From assembly GCA_021324265.1 (NCBI GenBank), contig JAJPJK010000004.1:64811-128810 (forward strand): 64,000 nt of DNA. Direction: 5' to 3'. A model generated the notes under the pieces. That model saw only the letters and a program-made list of their open reading frames with translations. It did no database searches and had not been told where the DNA came from. Source of the DNA: Thermoproteota archaeon (GTDB lineage: Archaea > Thermoproteota > Thermoprotei > Gearchaeales > Gearchaeaceae). The translations under genes were made by a program, and so were the position numbers. Each line of letters opens with the position of its first letter. The stretch's first letter is position 1. Positions 29,499-38,653 of this stretch are shown piece by piece.

Positions 29499-30107
29499 AT
29501 GGGTATATTAGAACTGATATCGTCTTTCATTCAAGGGTTTTTGTATGGATTCTCTCTCGCTGCACCTCCGGGTCCAATGAATGCGCTAATAGCGAACAGA
29601 TCACTTCTCTCCTTCAAAACCGGATTTTTAACCGGATTGGGAGCTATGACAGCTGATTTCATCTTTATGATAATAACTTATCTTGCATATGATACCGTTA
29701 AAGCCTTTCCTCTTGTCCCCATATACATCATTGGAGGCTTGTATATGCTCTACCTAGCTATAAGTATCCTTAAGTCAAAGGAAAACCTTAACGAGAACAG
29801 GAAGCAAACCAAAGCAGGAAATTCCTTCATGACATCCCTCGCATTAGGAATTTCAAATCCATATCAAATATTATGGTGGCTAACAGCAGGACTTTCTTTC
29901 ATTGCAATTTTTGGTCCTATGGCAGTGGTGGGATTATTTTCTGCAATTGCAGTTTGGATTACGATATTTCCCATGAGTATAAGAATGGGTTATGGCTTTA
30001 AACAAAGGCTAACGATACTTTTAATTAAGGGATTCTCTTTTGTAGTCTTATTAGTTTTCGCTATACTCATTTTGGTGGAGGGGTTATCCTCAATAATAAA
30101 CCTCTAA
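29499..30107 (+). CDS. LysE/RhtB-family amino-acid exporter.
   Basis: N-terminal FLYGFSLAAPPGPMNAL (LysE signature with PGP.N). 6 TM helices. 202 aa. Confidence 0.7.
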   Translation: MGILELISSFIQGFLYGFSLAAPPGPMNALIANRSLLSFKTGFLTGLGAMTADFIFMIITYLAYDTVKAFPLVPIYIIGGLYMLYLAISILKSKENLNENRKQTKAGNSFMTSLALGISNPYQILWWLTAGLSFIAIFGPMAVVGLFSAIAVWITIFPMSIRMGYGFKQRLTILLIKGFSFVVLLVFAILILVEGLSSIINL

Positions 30108-30134
30108 ATACCTGAAAACGAATTAATTCAAAAT

Positions 30135-30737
30135 ATGGAGCTCAATTATATTATTCAGAGAGAAAAAGATCGCTACATTTATTCAAGAGGAGATAAAAGA
30201 ATCGAAGTCCCATTTGAACTAAAAATAATGGAATATCCAATTCTTAGCACAGATGAATCGATAACAGATTTTTTTGGGATAGTACTTGATCCACCAGTGT
30301 ATGTAAATGAAGATGGAGAAATTAAGATCTATGTGAAGTTACCGCTAGATACAGGGATCTTTGCCACTAATGGATCGAGTTATAAATTAATCGATAAGAT
30401 TGATGTCTATCCAAAGAAATTTGCACTCTACGGCAACATAGGAGAAGGAGTCATATACAGATATTGGAAGACCTCTGCTTACATGGAAGAATTCAAGCCT
30501 GGAAGAAACGAGGCGATAACGCTTATAGATATAATAAATAAGGCTGAAAGCATAGGGAGTATTTCGAAAGTAATTTTTAACTCAAAGGCACTATCACTAT
30601 ATTCATTTGATGATTCTGTTTGCGGAGAAGTTATAAGGGTTACTAGGCTTCAAAAAGGATTAGCGATTACTAAACCGATCAATAAACCTTCCATCGATGG
30701 TGCAAAATACATACCAACAAGCCCCCTAAGTCAATAG
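30135..30737 (+). CDS. Hypothetical soluble protein.
   Basis: 200 aa, no TM segment, no recognisable motif. Confidence 0.35.
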   Translation: MELNYIIQREKDRYIYSRGDKRIEVPFELKIMEYPILSTDESITDFFGIVLDPPVYVNEDGEIKIYVKLPLDTGIFATNGSSYKLIDKIDVYPKKFALYGNIGEGVIYRYWKTSAYMEEFKPGRNEAITLIDIINKAESIGSISKVIFNSKALSLYSFDDSVCGEVIRVTRLQKGLAITKPINKPSIDGAKYIPTSPLSQ

Positions 30738-30765
30738 GTGGGGAATTCGAAATGAGATTCGGAAC

Positions 30766-31596
30766 ATGATCATAATTTTGCAAATTCTGGAAAATATTTG
30801 GAATCTGATAATCCAATTCGAAAACATATTTGGTGCAATCGTATCAATTGCTATAGCATTATTATTAGGCAAGTACATCTCAGTAATAATAAGAAGAAGA
30901 CTACACGAAAAGGTTCCTCCTTCAACAATTCAAAACGTAGCGAAGATAGTGTATTATATAATACTACTGATAGGAATAGCTGTAGCGATAAGAATATTGA
31001 ATATTCCTGGCGTTACTTTATCGGAGCTTTTGGTGGCAGGAGGATTTGCAGGTATCGTTATAGGCCTTGCAGCTCAACCTACACTATCCAATTTCATTGC
31101 AGGGATCCTCTTAATGACAGAGAGACCATTTAAAATAGGAGACTTCATAAATTATAGCGGTAACGTAGGAATGGTTGTTGATGTAGGACTCCTTTCTACA
31201 AAAATTCAAAGCTGGGAGGGTTATTATGTTAGGATACCTAATAACGAGTTATTCAATTCACCCCTCATTAATTACTCAAATTCGAAAGCAAGACTTGTTC
31301 GAGTTCAATTCACAATACCTTTCGAACACGATTTGAAAAAAGTGATTCAAGAAGTGCAGAACAAATTAAATGAACAATGGTATGTGTTAGCAGACCCTGG
31401 CCCAGTAGTCTTTCCAATACAATTCAATGACAATGGAATTCTTATAGAAGCAAGGGCATGGACAAGCGGTAATACATGGTTTACACTTTATTCGCAGATG
31501 CCTTCACTAATAGAAGAGGTTTTAAAAAATCTAGGAGTACCGTACTCATATCCAAGACGGATCCTTACTGAAGATAGAGATATTATAAACAAATGA
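30766..31596 (+). CDS. MscS-family small-conductance mechanosensitive channel.
   Basis: TM3 pore helix [24 protein letters not shown] followed by PFKIGDFI and a beta-domain. 276 aa. Confidence 0.8.
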   Translation: MIIILQILENIWNLIIQFENIFGAIVSIAIALLLGKYISVIIRRRLHEKVPPSTIQNVAKIVYYIILLIGIAVAIRILNIPGVTLSELLVAGGFAGIVIGLAAQPTLSNFIAGILLMTERPFKIGDFINYSGNVGMVVDVGLLSTKIQSWEGYYVRIPNNELFNSPLINYSNSKARLVRVQFTIPFEHDLKKVIQEVQNKLNEQWYVLADPGPVVFPIQFNDNGILIEARAWTSGNTWFTLYSQMPSLIEEVLKNLGVPYSYPRRILTEDRDIINK

Positions 31597-32333
31597 AATC
31601 ATTAGATAAAGAGTTCAGCGTGGGTATTGCGATAGAATTTAGAGAAGTAACGAAATATTATGGTAACGTCCTTGCGCTTGATAATATTTCTTTTAACATA
31701 CCGATTGGTTCTAAAACTGCCTTATTAGGCCCAAATGGAGCAGGAAAAACAACTACTTTAAAGTTGATTGTTGGACTTTTAAGACCAAATCAAGGACTTA
31801 TAAGAATAATGAATTTCGAGCCAGATTCCGTAGAGGCTAAGTCTTTGGTAGGCTATTTGCCAGAAGATGCTCAGCCATATCGAGTTCTCTCTGTTAGAGA
31901 AAATCTAGAGTACATTGGTGCACTGAGAAATGTCGAGGATTTGAAGAATAGAGTTGATGAACTGCTAGATGCGTTAAACTTGAGAGAATTCGAGAAAGCA
32001 AAGGTAGGTAGACTTTCCAGAGGGAATGTACAAAAGCTGGCCATAGCACTTGCAATAATTCACAACCCAAAGATCTTAGTTTTGGATGAACCATTAAACT
32101 ATTTAGACATACCTACGCAAGAAAGCGTTGTTAAGATTTTGAAATCGATGGATTGCACAATGCTAGTTTCTACACATATCATGTCGATAGCCTCGAGGCT
32201 TACAGAAGATGTTTTAATGATATCAAGAGGAAAATTGATTTGGAGCGGAAAAATCAATGATCTAAGAAAATTAGGAAGTGAAGAAGAGCCTCTTGAAGCA
32301 ATAGTTTCAAGAATGCTTACGCAATACAAATAG
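31593..32333 (+). CDS. ABC transporter ATP-binding protein (ABC-2-type exporter ATPase); no permease gene adjacent.
   Basis: Walker [10 protein letters not shown], signature-like LSRGNVQKL and Walker B ILVLDEP. 4-nt overlap with the MscS gene. Confidence 0.75.
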   Translation: MKSLDKEFSVGIAIEFREVTKYYGNVLALDNISFNIPIGSKTALLGPNGAGKTTTLKLIVGLLRPNQGLIRIMNFEPDSVEAKSLVGYLPEDAQPYRVLSVRENLEYIGALRNVEDLKNRVDELLDALNLREFEKAKVGRLSRGNVQKLAIALAIIHNPKILVLDEPLNYLDIPTQESVVKILKSMDCTMLVSTHIMSIASRLTEDVLMISRGKLIWSGKINDLRKLGSEEEPLEAIVSRMLTQYK

Positions 32334-32888
32334 TTACAAGAAAAACCTTTTCAAATAATAAACCAAAAATATAGAGAGAATTAAAAAAACAAATACTGAA
32401 AATAAAGGATTAAAGATTTCAATAGGTCTAAGCGAAGCTATAAGCACAACACTTATAAAAGCAGAAAACGAAGCAACAAAAAATTCTCTAAAAAACTTTC
32501 TAGATATATTTTTCCTTAATATAGATTTATCTGATTCACTTATTAATTTATAATTAGTTAGTAAGTCACTAATATTTACAAGAAAAGAAAACATTTCACC
32601 GTCAAGTAATAACAACAAAAATACTAAGATTAAATATAGATAATTGTTAAAGATAAAAAGAGTATATATAAATAAAATTGAAATAACAAAAAAGTTTGAA
32701 GCTTTAAAAATTAGTCTATAATGAAATATTTTAAAGATTATAAAAAATAATATGCTAAAAATAAATAAGAAGGTAGTAATTGTAGAAATAATGCTATTAT
32801 TAATAGATATAAACAAAAATAAAGCAAAGAATAAGTTTATAAAATAAATGAAGTACTGAGAGTATTTCAACGAAAAGATCTTGCCCAT
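32334..32888 (-). CDS. Hypothetical poly-hydrophobic membrane protein; last gene of the MoxR module.
   Basis: 184 aa, almost entirely Phe/Ile/Leu/Asn/Lys/Tyr, 5-6 TM helices. Encoded in the most AT-rich stretch of the window. 22-nt overlap with the upstream DUF58 gene. Confidence 0.45.
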   Translation of the reverse strand: MGKIFSLKYSQYFIYFINLFFALFLFISINNSIISTITTFLFIFSILFFIIFKIFHYRLIFKASNFFVISILFIYTLFIFNNYLYLILVFLLLLLDGEMFSFLVNISDLLTNYKLISESDKSILRKNISRKFFREFFVASFSAFISVVLIASLRPIEIFNPLFSVFVFLILSIFLVYYLKRFFL

Positions 32889-34129
32889 ATTTCTGAAGCA
32901 CGTTTTAATTCAACATCCAAAGCCTTCTCAATATCCCATTCTAATACATTTGAAAAACGCCTAAGCAAAGAAAGATAATTTTCTCTCTCTATTCTTATGA
33001 TTCTATCTGCTAAGTCCATCTCTTCGTAAGGTAAGTTTTCAAAAGGCGAAGGAGCGACTACCGTTACTTGGTAACCTTTTTTTGCAAGCTCAGCTATTGC
33101 TATGGCTATTTCAAAGTCTATTATCGGAGAAACTATTATTATTTGAGTAGTAACTGGAAAAAGGAAACTAACATATTCCTTCAAAAGCCTTAAGTCGCTA
33201 AGTTTTCCAGGCTCTGAGTCAATTACTGCATATAATATCCTATCAAATTGTTTCCTACCGAAAGAAGGCTTAATTCGATACGGTTCCTCTCCAAGAACTA
33301 AAAGGCCCACTCTATGTTTATCCCTAATTAATCTGTAGGAAATTAAGAGAGTTGCCCTCGAAGAATACAGGAGCAATGATTTCTTCTTATACTTAATATC
33401 GTTGACAGCCCTGTAATCAAGAATTAATAAGACATCAGAGCTTAGATCAGCGTTATATGAATTTTTCATCAGTACCCCTGTTTTAGCTGTTGCCTTCCAA
33501 TTAATCCTCCTTATGCTATCCGATTCCTTAGCTTCAATAACAGCATAGAATTCATTGCCTACTCCTATAGATCTCGATACGCTATCGCCTGGCCACGGTT
33601 TGGTGTGCTTGGGCATAAGCTTTATTTCCCCAAACAAGCTTATTTTAGGCGAAACCTTTATGCTAGCGTAAGCTTCGTAAACTTTCCTTAAGCTTTGAGA
33701 TCCATCGGAATTGGAAGCAAGAACTATTATCGGTCCTAATTTGTATTTACCTATTTCTCCTGCTTTCAAAACGTAACTGTAGGTTTTTCTCTCACCTTTC
33801 TTAATTGAAAAAAGCATAACGTTAGATCCTTCTACGACCTCAATTCCTTCTTGAAGAGAATCCAAGATGTAAAGATGATCTATATCTGAACCTTTATTAA
33901 ATACATCTAAACGAACTCTCAGTTCGTCATCCTCCCTTATTATTTCTTTTTCTAGCTGCCTTTTTATTTCAAGATCTAGGATGAGTTGTTTCCTAAAGTT
34001 GGCCATCAAAACCAAATAGACAAACAAAGGAATGCTCAAGAATAATAAATTCTCATTCCTTAACAATGAACCAACAGAAAGTAAAATGAGCATTGATACA
34101 ACTATAGTAAAAACCTTAAGGGAGAACAT
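32867..34129 (-). CDS. DUF58-domain protein (MoxR-associated, VWA-like fold) with two N-terminal TM helices.
   Basis: DUF58 core motif GVGNEFYAV...RRINWKATAKTGVLMKNSY...DVLLILDYRA (G.G.eF...R.Y.pGD..R.I.WK..AR...l.v...E.e). 420 aa. Confidence 0.7.
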   Translation of the reverse strand: MFSLKVFTIVVSMLILLSVGSLLRNENLLFLSIPLFVYLVLMANFRKQLILDLEIKRQLEKEIIREDDELRVRLDVFNKGSDIDHLYILDSLQEGIEVVEGSNVMLFSIKKGERKTYSYVLKAGEIGKYKLGPIIVLASNSDGSQSLRKVYEAYASIKVSPKISLFGEIKLMPKHTKPWPGDSVSRSIGVGNEFYAVIEAKESDSIRRINWKATAKTGVLMKNSYNADLSSDVLLILDYRAVNDIKYKKKSLLLYSSRATLLISYRLIRDKHRVGLLVLGEEPYRIKPSFGRKQFDRILYAVIDSEPGKLSDLRLLKEYVSFLFPVTTQIIIVSPIIDFEIAIAIAELAKKGYQVTVVAPSPFENLPYEEMDLADRIIRIERENYLSLLRRFSNVLEWDIEKALDVELKRASEIWARSFR

Positions 34130-35067
34130 CAGAGTTTAGGAACAGGAACTTGGTTTAATATGCGCTCAATTATTTGATCAGGCTTAATACCACGAAGCCA
34201 GTATTCAGTTCTAAGTATTAATCTATGCCTCAGAGCAGGCACCGCAACTCTCTTTATATCATCTGGTGTTACGAAATCTCTAGCATTAGAGTAAGCCATA
34301 GCGCGAGCTAGTTTAAGTATAGCTATGGAACCTCTTACGCTTGCACCTACCTCAACTTCAGGTGCGTTCCTAGTTCCATTTACTATTTGAACGATATACT
34401 TTTTCAAATCTTCTGCAATGTAGATACGCTCAACATCAGTTTGAAGTTGAAGAACTTCCTTAGCGTTTAATATTGCTCTTATTTCAAAATCATCTGTCAT
34501 CCTTTTTATCCTCCTGCTTAAAATTTCTACTTCCTCTTCAGGTTTAGGATAACCAACGCTTATCTTCATGATGAAACGGTCTAATTGTGCTTCAGGAAGA
34601 GGGTATGTCCCTTCATATTCTATAGGATTTTGTGTGGCTATTACAATGAAAGGTCTCTCCAGCAAATACGTATTTCCCTCCACTGAAACTTGTCTTTCCT
34701 GCATTGCTTCGAGCAAAGCAGATTGAGTCCTTGGCGGAGCCCTGTTGATTTCATCTGCCAATAGAATATTTGTAAAAATTGGACCTTTGCGGAATTCGAA
34801 TTGAGACGTCTCTCTATTGAGAACAAAAGAACCTGTAATATCAGAGGGCAATAAATCGGATGTAAATTGTATTCGCTTAAAATTTAGTCCAAGTGCTTTA
34901 GCAAAAGATTTAGCTATAAGTGTCTTTGCCAAGCCTGGATAATCTTCTATAAGCACGTGACCGTCTACGAGGATGGCTAGCATTATTAATTCAAGAACTT
35001 CATCTTTGCCTACGACAACTTGGGATATTTCTTGTAATACAGATGCTATCTTATCATTCTTTACCAT
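34129..35067 (-). CDS. MoxR-family AAA+ ATPase.
   Basis: Walker A EDYPGLAKTL (MoxR-type GxxGxAKT), Walker B LLADEINRAPPRTQSALLEAMQE, sensor region VIATQNP. 312 aa. 1-nt overlap with the DUF58 gene. Confidence 0.85.
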   Translation of the reverse strand: MVKNDKIASVLQEISQVVVGKDEVLELIMLAILVDGHVLIEDYPGLAKTLIAKSFAKALGLNFKRIQFTSDLLPSDITGSFVLNRETSQFEFRKGPIFTNILLADEINRAPPRTQSALLEAMQERQVSVEGNTYLLERPFIVIATQNPIEYEGTYPLPEAQLDRFIMKISVGYPKPEEEVEILSRRIKRMTDDFEIRAILNAKEVLQLQTDVERIYIAEDLKKYIVQIVNGTRNAPEVEVGASVRGSIAILKLARAMAYSNARDFVTPDDIKRVAVPALRHRLILRTEYWLRGIKPDQIIERILNQVPVPKL

Positions 35068-35519
35068 ACCATATCTATTGCCTTCTTCAAAGTAAATTCA
35101 TATCGCCGCTTATCCTTGAAATAACCTTCATGATCTCTATAGAAGATTAAAGCTACAATATCTCGATCCCCTATAAGATTCATTGCAGTTTCCTCATCGA
35201 GCCTAACATTGTATTTCCTTTCAAACGCTTCTTTGATGATTTCACCTATATTTATTCTAGCCATACTAGAACCTTCTATAGCGCCTTTAACAAGCTTCCT
35301 TTTTCTCTGGTATGGGTTTTCGTAGCTATATTTCACAAACCTTTTAACGAATACGTCTATAATGTAGGTGTTTTTGAAGTAGGAATAGAAAACCAATGAT
35401 AGGGGGACTAAAAACAGAGGAAGTAAAATATAATATGAGATCAAATCAGACTTAAAGAAAAACGTCAAAAAGATGAGGATCAAAGATGATATCAAAACCG
35501 TGAGTTCTAATTTAGTCAT
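35061..35519 (-). CDS. Hypothetical small membrane protein (two N-terminal TM helices plus a basic C-terminal domain) in the MoxR module.
   Basis: 152 aa. 7-nt overlap with moxR and 8-nt overlap with the upstream gene. Confidence 0.4.
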   Translation of the reverse strand: MTKLELTVLISSLILIFLTFFFKSDLISYYILLPLFLVPLSLVFYSYFKNTYIIDVFVKRFVKYSYENPYQRKRKLVKGAIEGSSMARINIGEIIKEAFERKYNVRLDEETAMNLIGDRDIVALIFYRDHEGYFKDKRRYEFTLKKAIDMVW

Positions 35520-36210
35520 GATCCTCCAGTTGCTTGATTATGTCTTCAACCAAGGTTTTTGTATATTTTATTTTGGTCTCGTCTAACTCATGATTACTAT
35601 ACCTCACTTCTTCGAAGATATTTGTTAAAATATCGAATCCCTTAATCTTTCTTCCCAGTATTTTGTATACTTCATTCTCAAATTCTTTTGCAGTGAGTTG
35701 AGGCGCATTTACTACTCCTTTTTTCTCTAAGAACTCGCATACTTTCCTATATAGTTCTAAGATTGGATTAGAATTCTTTACATATTCCAGATCTAGCTTA
35801 TCAATGTTTTCGCTAAGCATCTGCTTGAATTCCAATATGGAAGATTCTTCATAAGTTTTCCTGCTCCTAAACTTAAAACTGGGCTTCCCAGAAGAAAAAG
35901 AAAAAAGAGCGAATAACGAAAAAATTGAAAGGGCGATCATAATTGAGAAAATTAAGTAATCGAAATAGCTCGATAACAAAGATGGTTTTTTAGTTTCTAT
36001 GTTAAAAATCTCTCCTTTACTTTGACTTGAATTTAGCATCTCCGAAGTCGATGTTGAAATCGTTTGTGTAACAGTATTGACAGGTGGCGAAGTTTGATTG
36101 AGACTTTGATAAACAGTTTGCTTATTCAATAAATCTAAACTATATACCAGACTAAGGACGGAAAAAGTGAATAATAACGTTACTATTATTGCTTCTATCC
36201 TTAAATTCAA
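35512..36210 (-). CDS. DUF4129-like domain membrane protein. N-terminal signal/TM, Ser/Thr-rich linker, second TM, then a cytoplasmic C-terminal domain.
   Basis: C-terminal ...LTAKEFENEV...IFEEVRYSNHE... matches the DUF4129 pattern (LTPrE....l...fE.aRYs). DUF4129 proteins are recurrent neighbours of MoxR/DUF58. Confidence 0.45.
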   Translation of the reverse strand: MNLRIEAIIVTLLFTFSVLSLVYSLDLLNKQTVYQSLNQTSPPVNTVTQTISTSTSEMLNSSQSKGEIFNIETKKPSLLSSYFDYLIFSIMIALSIFSLFALFSFSSGKPSFKFRSRKTYEESSILEFKQMLSENIDKLDLEYVKNSNPILELYRKVCEFLEKKGVVNAPQLTAKEFENEVYKILGRKIKGFDILTNIFEEVRYSNHELDETKIKYTKTLVEDIIKQLEDHD

Positions 36211-37436
36211 GTTAAATCTACGCTAACCCCGAATCTCTTCTTGACCAAGCTCCTTATTATTGTCAATCTCTGAATATCGTTAGCGCCTTCGTATATTTCT
36301 GTTATCATCGTATCTCTCAGTGAACGTTCTATGCCTGTCTCTCTAACAACGCCATAACCTCCATGCATTTTAATTGCATTTATTGATGCTTTTTCTGCAG
36401 CCTCAGTAGCGAAGGTCTTAGCTAATGATGCTGCCATTATTGCATCCTTACTTCCTTTATCCATTAACGTAGCTGCCCAATAAGTCAACAATCTTGCAGC
36501 CTCTAGATTGATCAACATATCAGCGATTTTGAAAGCAATTGCTTCAAAGCTCAAAATAGGTCTTCCAAAAGCATTTCGCATTGCTGTGTAATCTAGAGTT
36601 CGTTCTAATAGACCTTGCATTATTCCTACAGCCTGCGCAGCGATTCCTATTCTCCCATGGTCGTAAGTCGAAACAATTGCCTTGAATGCATTACCTTCCT
36701 CACCAACTATGTTTTCAGCAGGCACTTCGACGTTGTCTAAAATGACTTCATAAGGTTGTTCGCCTCTAAGACCCATAGTATTTATCCTTGAAGTTACCTT
36801 TAAACCTGGCATTCCTTTTTCTACAATGAATAAAGAAAGTCCTTTCCATCTCTCTTTGCTGGATGGAGGCGGACTTGTCCTTGCAGATACTACAAGAAAG
36901 TCTGCACGATTTGCGCCTGTTATGAAAAGTTTTCTTCCATTAATGACCCACTTATTGCCTTCCTTTCTTGCTGTTGTCTGTATTCCTGCTACATCGCTCC
37001 CTGCACCTGGCTCTGTATTGGCATGCGCGGCGAATGCCTCACCCTTTGCTATCTTAGTTACGTACTTCCTCCTTTGTTCTTCACTTCCAAATGCAAGAAC
37101 CGGATAAGCAAACAAGTGATTAACAGCTATGGCAGTAGCAAAGGCAGGTAAAAATCGAGATATTTCCTCGATCATAACTGCCATCATCAACGAACCACCA
37201 CCTTGGCCATCGTATTCAGGAGGAATCCCTACGCCAACAAGCCCAAGTTCTATCGCTTTCTTAAATACATCTTCATCTATCTCGTTCGTTTCTTCTACCT
37301 TGTTTACAATTGGTGCAAGATACTTCTCTGAAAATTCTCTAATCGTACTTCTAAAAGCTTCGATCTCCTCAGGTATTTCTATCTTGAAGTCAAAACTATT
37401 GTTGAAAGGGAACATAAGTATCTTAATACTACTCAA
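36207..37436 (-). CDS. Acyl-CoA dehydrogenase.
   Basis: ACAD motifs TEPGAGSDVAGIQTTA, FITGA..ADF and the C-terminal MHGGYG...ERSLRD...I.EGANDIQR. Confidence 0.85.
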   Translation of the reverse strand: MSSIKILMFPFNNSFDFKIEIPEEIEAFRSTIREFSEKYLAPIVNKVEETNEIDEDVFKKAIELGLVGVGIPPEYDGQGGGSLMMAVMIEEISRFLPAFATAIAVNHLFAYPVLAFGSEEQRRKYVTKIAKGEAFAAHANTEPGAGSDVAGIQTTARKEGNKWVINGRKLFITGANRADFLVVSARTSPPPSSKERWKGLSLFIVEKGMPGLKVTSRINTMGLRGEQPYEVILDNVEVPAENIVGEEGNAFKAIVSTYDHGRIGIAAQAVGIMQGLLERTLDYTAMRNAFGRPILSFEAIAFKIADMLINLEAARLLTYWAATLMDKGSKDAIMAASLAKTFATEAAEKASINAIKMHGGYGVVRETGIERSLRDTMITEIYEGANDIQRLTIIRSLVKKRFGVSVDLT

Positions 37437-37479
37437 TATATATCTTTCATTCTGAATTAGAGTTAGGTTTACTATATAA

Positions 37480-38616
37480 TTAATATATATCTAATCTGGA
37501 TAATCTTTTCAATGCAGATAACTTCTCGTAGGATCCAAGTTTAGCCCTTTCAATTGCATCTTTGAATATCGCTATTGTATTTCTGTAAGTGTTTTTGTCC
37601 ACTGGATAAGGAACTCCATCTTTGCCTCCATGCGCAAAGGAGAACTTAGCAGGATCCCTCCATGCAGCAGGTGTTCCAAATACAATTTCTGATACCAATG
37701 CAAGTGCCCTTATTGTTTTAGGACCTACACCTTTAAACTCAACAATCTCTTCATACTTGCTAGGTTTAAGCTCATATAGTTCTTCTATCAAATTCCAATC
37801 CAAATTTAAAGGCATCTCATAGCGAATCTCTCTTGAACCAAAAATCCAATGATCCAATGGCCCAGAAAAACTCTCTTTTACAAGTCTTTTTACCTTTAAT
37901 GGATTTTCATTAACGATATCAACACAAGCTTTTCTACAGTCCTCACTCTCCTTAGCTACCATATTCAAGACCTTAATGCTTACCGGCTCGCCGATAATAC
38001 CATTGTGTGGTTCATTAACAAAGCTGCTTACATTCTTAGAAAACCAATGATATCTTCGAGCCTTGATTTCATTTTCATTCATTCCTTGTTGAACAACTGC
38101 CCAATTGCCCTTTTCATCGATTAGAATTACGTGATGATAAAGAACATGACCTGATTGTATGAGATTATTATCTATTTTCGCAACTAGCCTGCTAACCCTT
38201 ATGAATTTCGAAGGATCATCTATACCTATTTTTTTGGAAAGCTCTAAAATTTCATCAGGGACTTTTCTGGATTTCCTCCCTTTGCCACCAGCAACTATTA
38301 TACCTAAATCTTGTTCATTCAACACAGTTTTTATTACACCAGTTACAACAGTTGTAACTCCAGATGAATGCCAGTCATAACCTAACACACACCCAAAGGA
38401 CTGAAACCAAAGCGGGTCAGAAATCCTACTTAAAAAGGCTTCCGTTCCATATTCATTGATTATTATATTACAGACTTCCTTTGAGAGTTCTTTCATTAAG
38501 TTGATTAACCAAGGAGGAGCATGACCTCCATGAAGAGGTAAATCTATTGTTGGAGCCCTTTCCATCAAATAATCGAATATTCTTGATATTATAAAAGGTT
38601 CATCAACATTTTTCAA
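37480..38616 (-). CDS. DUF763-like protein containing a helix-hairpin-helix motif.
   Basis: N-terminal DLPLHGGHAPPWL, as I recall for DUF763. C-terminal FKGVGPKTIRALALVSE is a canonical HhH (h.GhG...A..hh). 378 aa. Confidence 0.4.
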   Translation of the reverse strand: MKNVDEPFIISRIFDYLMERAPTIDLPLHGGHAPPWLINLMKELSKEVCNIIINEYGTEAFLSRISDPLWFQSFGCVLGYDWHSSGVTTVVTGVIKTVLNEQDLGIIVAGGKGRKSRKVPDEILELSKKIGIDDPSKFIRVSRLVAKIDNNLIQSGHVLYHHVILIDEKGNWAVVQQGMNENEIKARRYHWFSKNVSSFVNEPHNGIIGEPVSIKVLNMVAKESEDCRKACVDIVNENPLKVKRLVKESFSGPLDHWIFGSREIRYEMPLNLDWNLIEELYELKPSKYEEIVEFKGVGPKTIRALALVSEIVFGTPAAWRDPAKFSFAHGGKDGVPYPVDKNTYRNTIAIFKDAIERAKLGSYEKLSALKRLSRLDIY

Positions 38617-38653
38617 ATAAATTTTAAAAAAATCCCTTGCTATATGATAACTT

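Noticed and set aside
32334-32888. Possibility that the extreme AT-rich stretch is a non-coding island or integration scar rather than a gene.
   Set aside because: It has an uninterrupted 184-codon frame with regular ~20-residue hydrophobic periodicity. Its start overlaps the DUF58 gene in the typical coupled fashion. It is kept as a CDS with low confidence.
32334-36210. Interpreting the MoxR-DUF58 module as an anti-phage defence system.
   Set aside because: No nuclease, effector or other conflict-system domain is visible. The defence-associated MoxR-VWA ternary systems use different partner architectures. There is no sequence-level support here.
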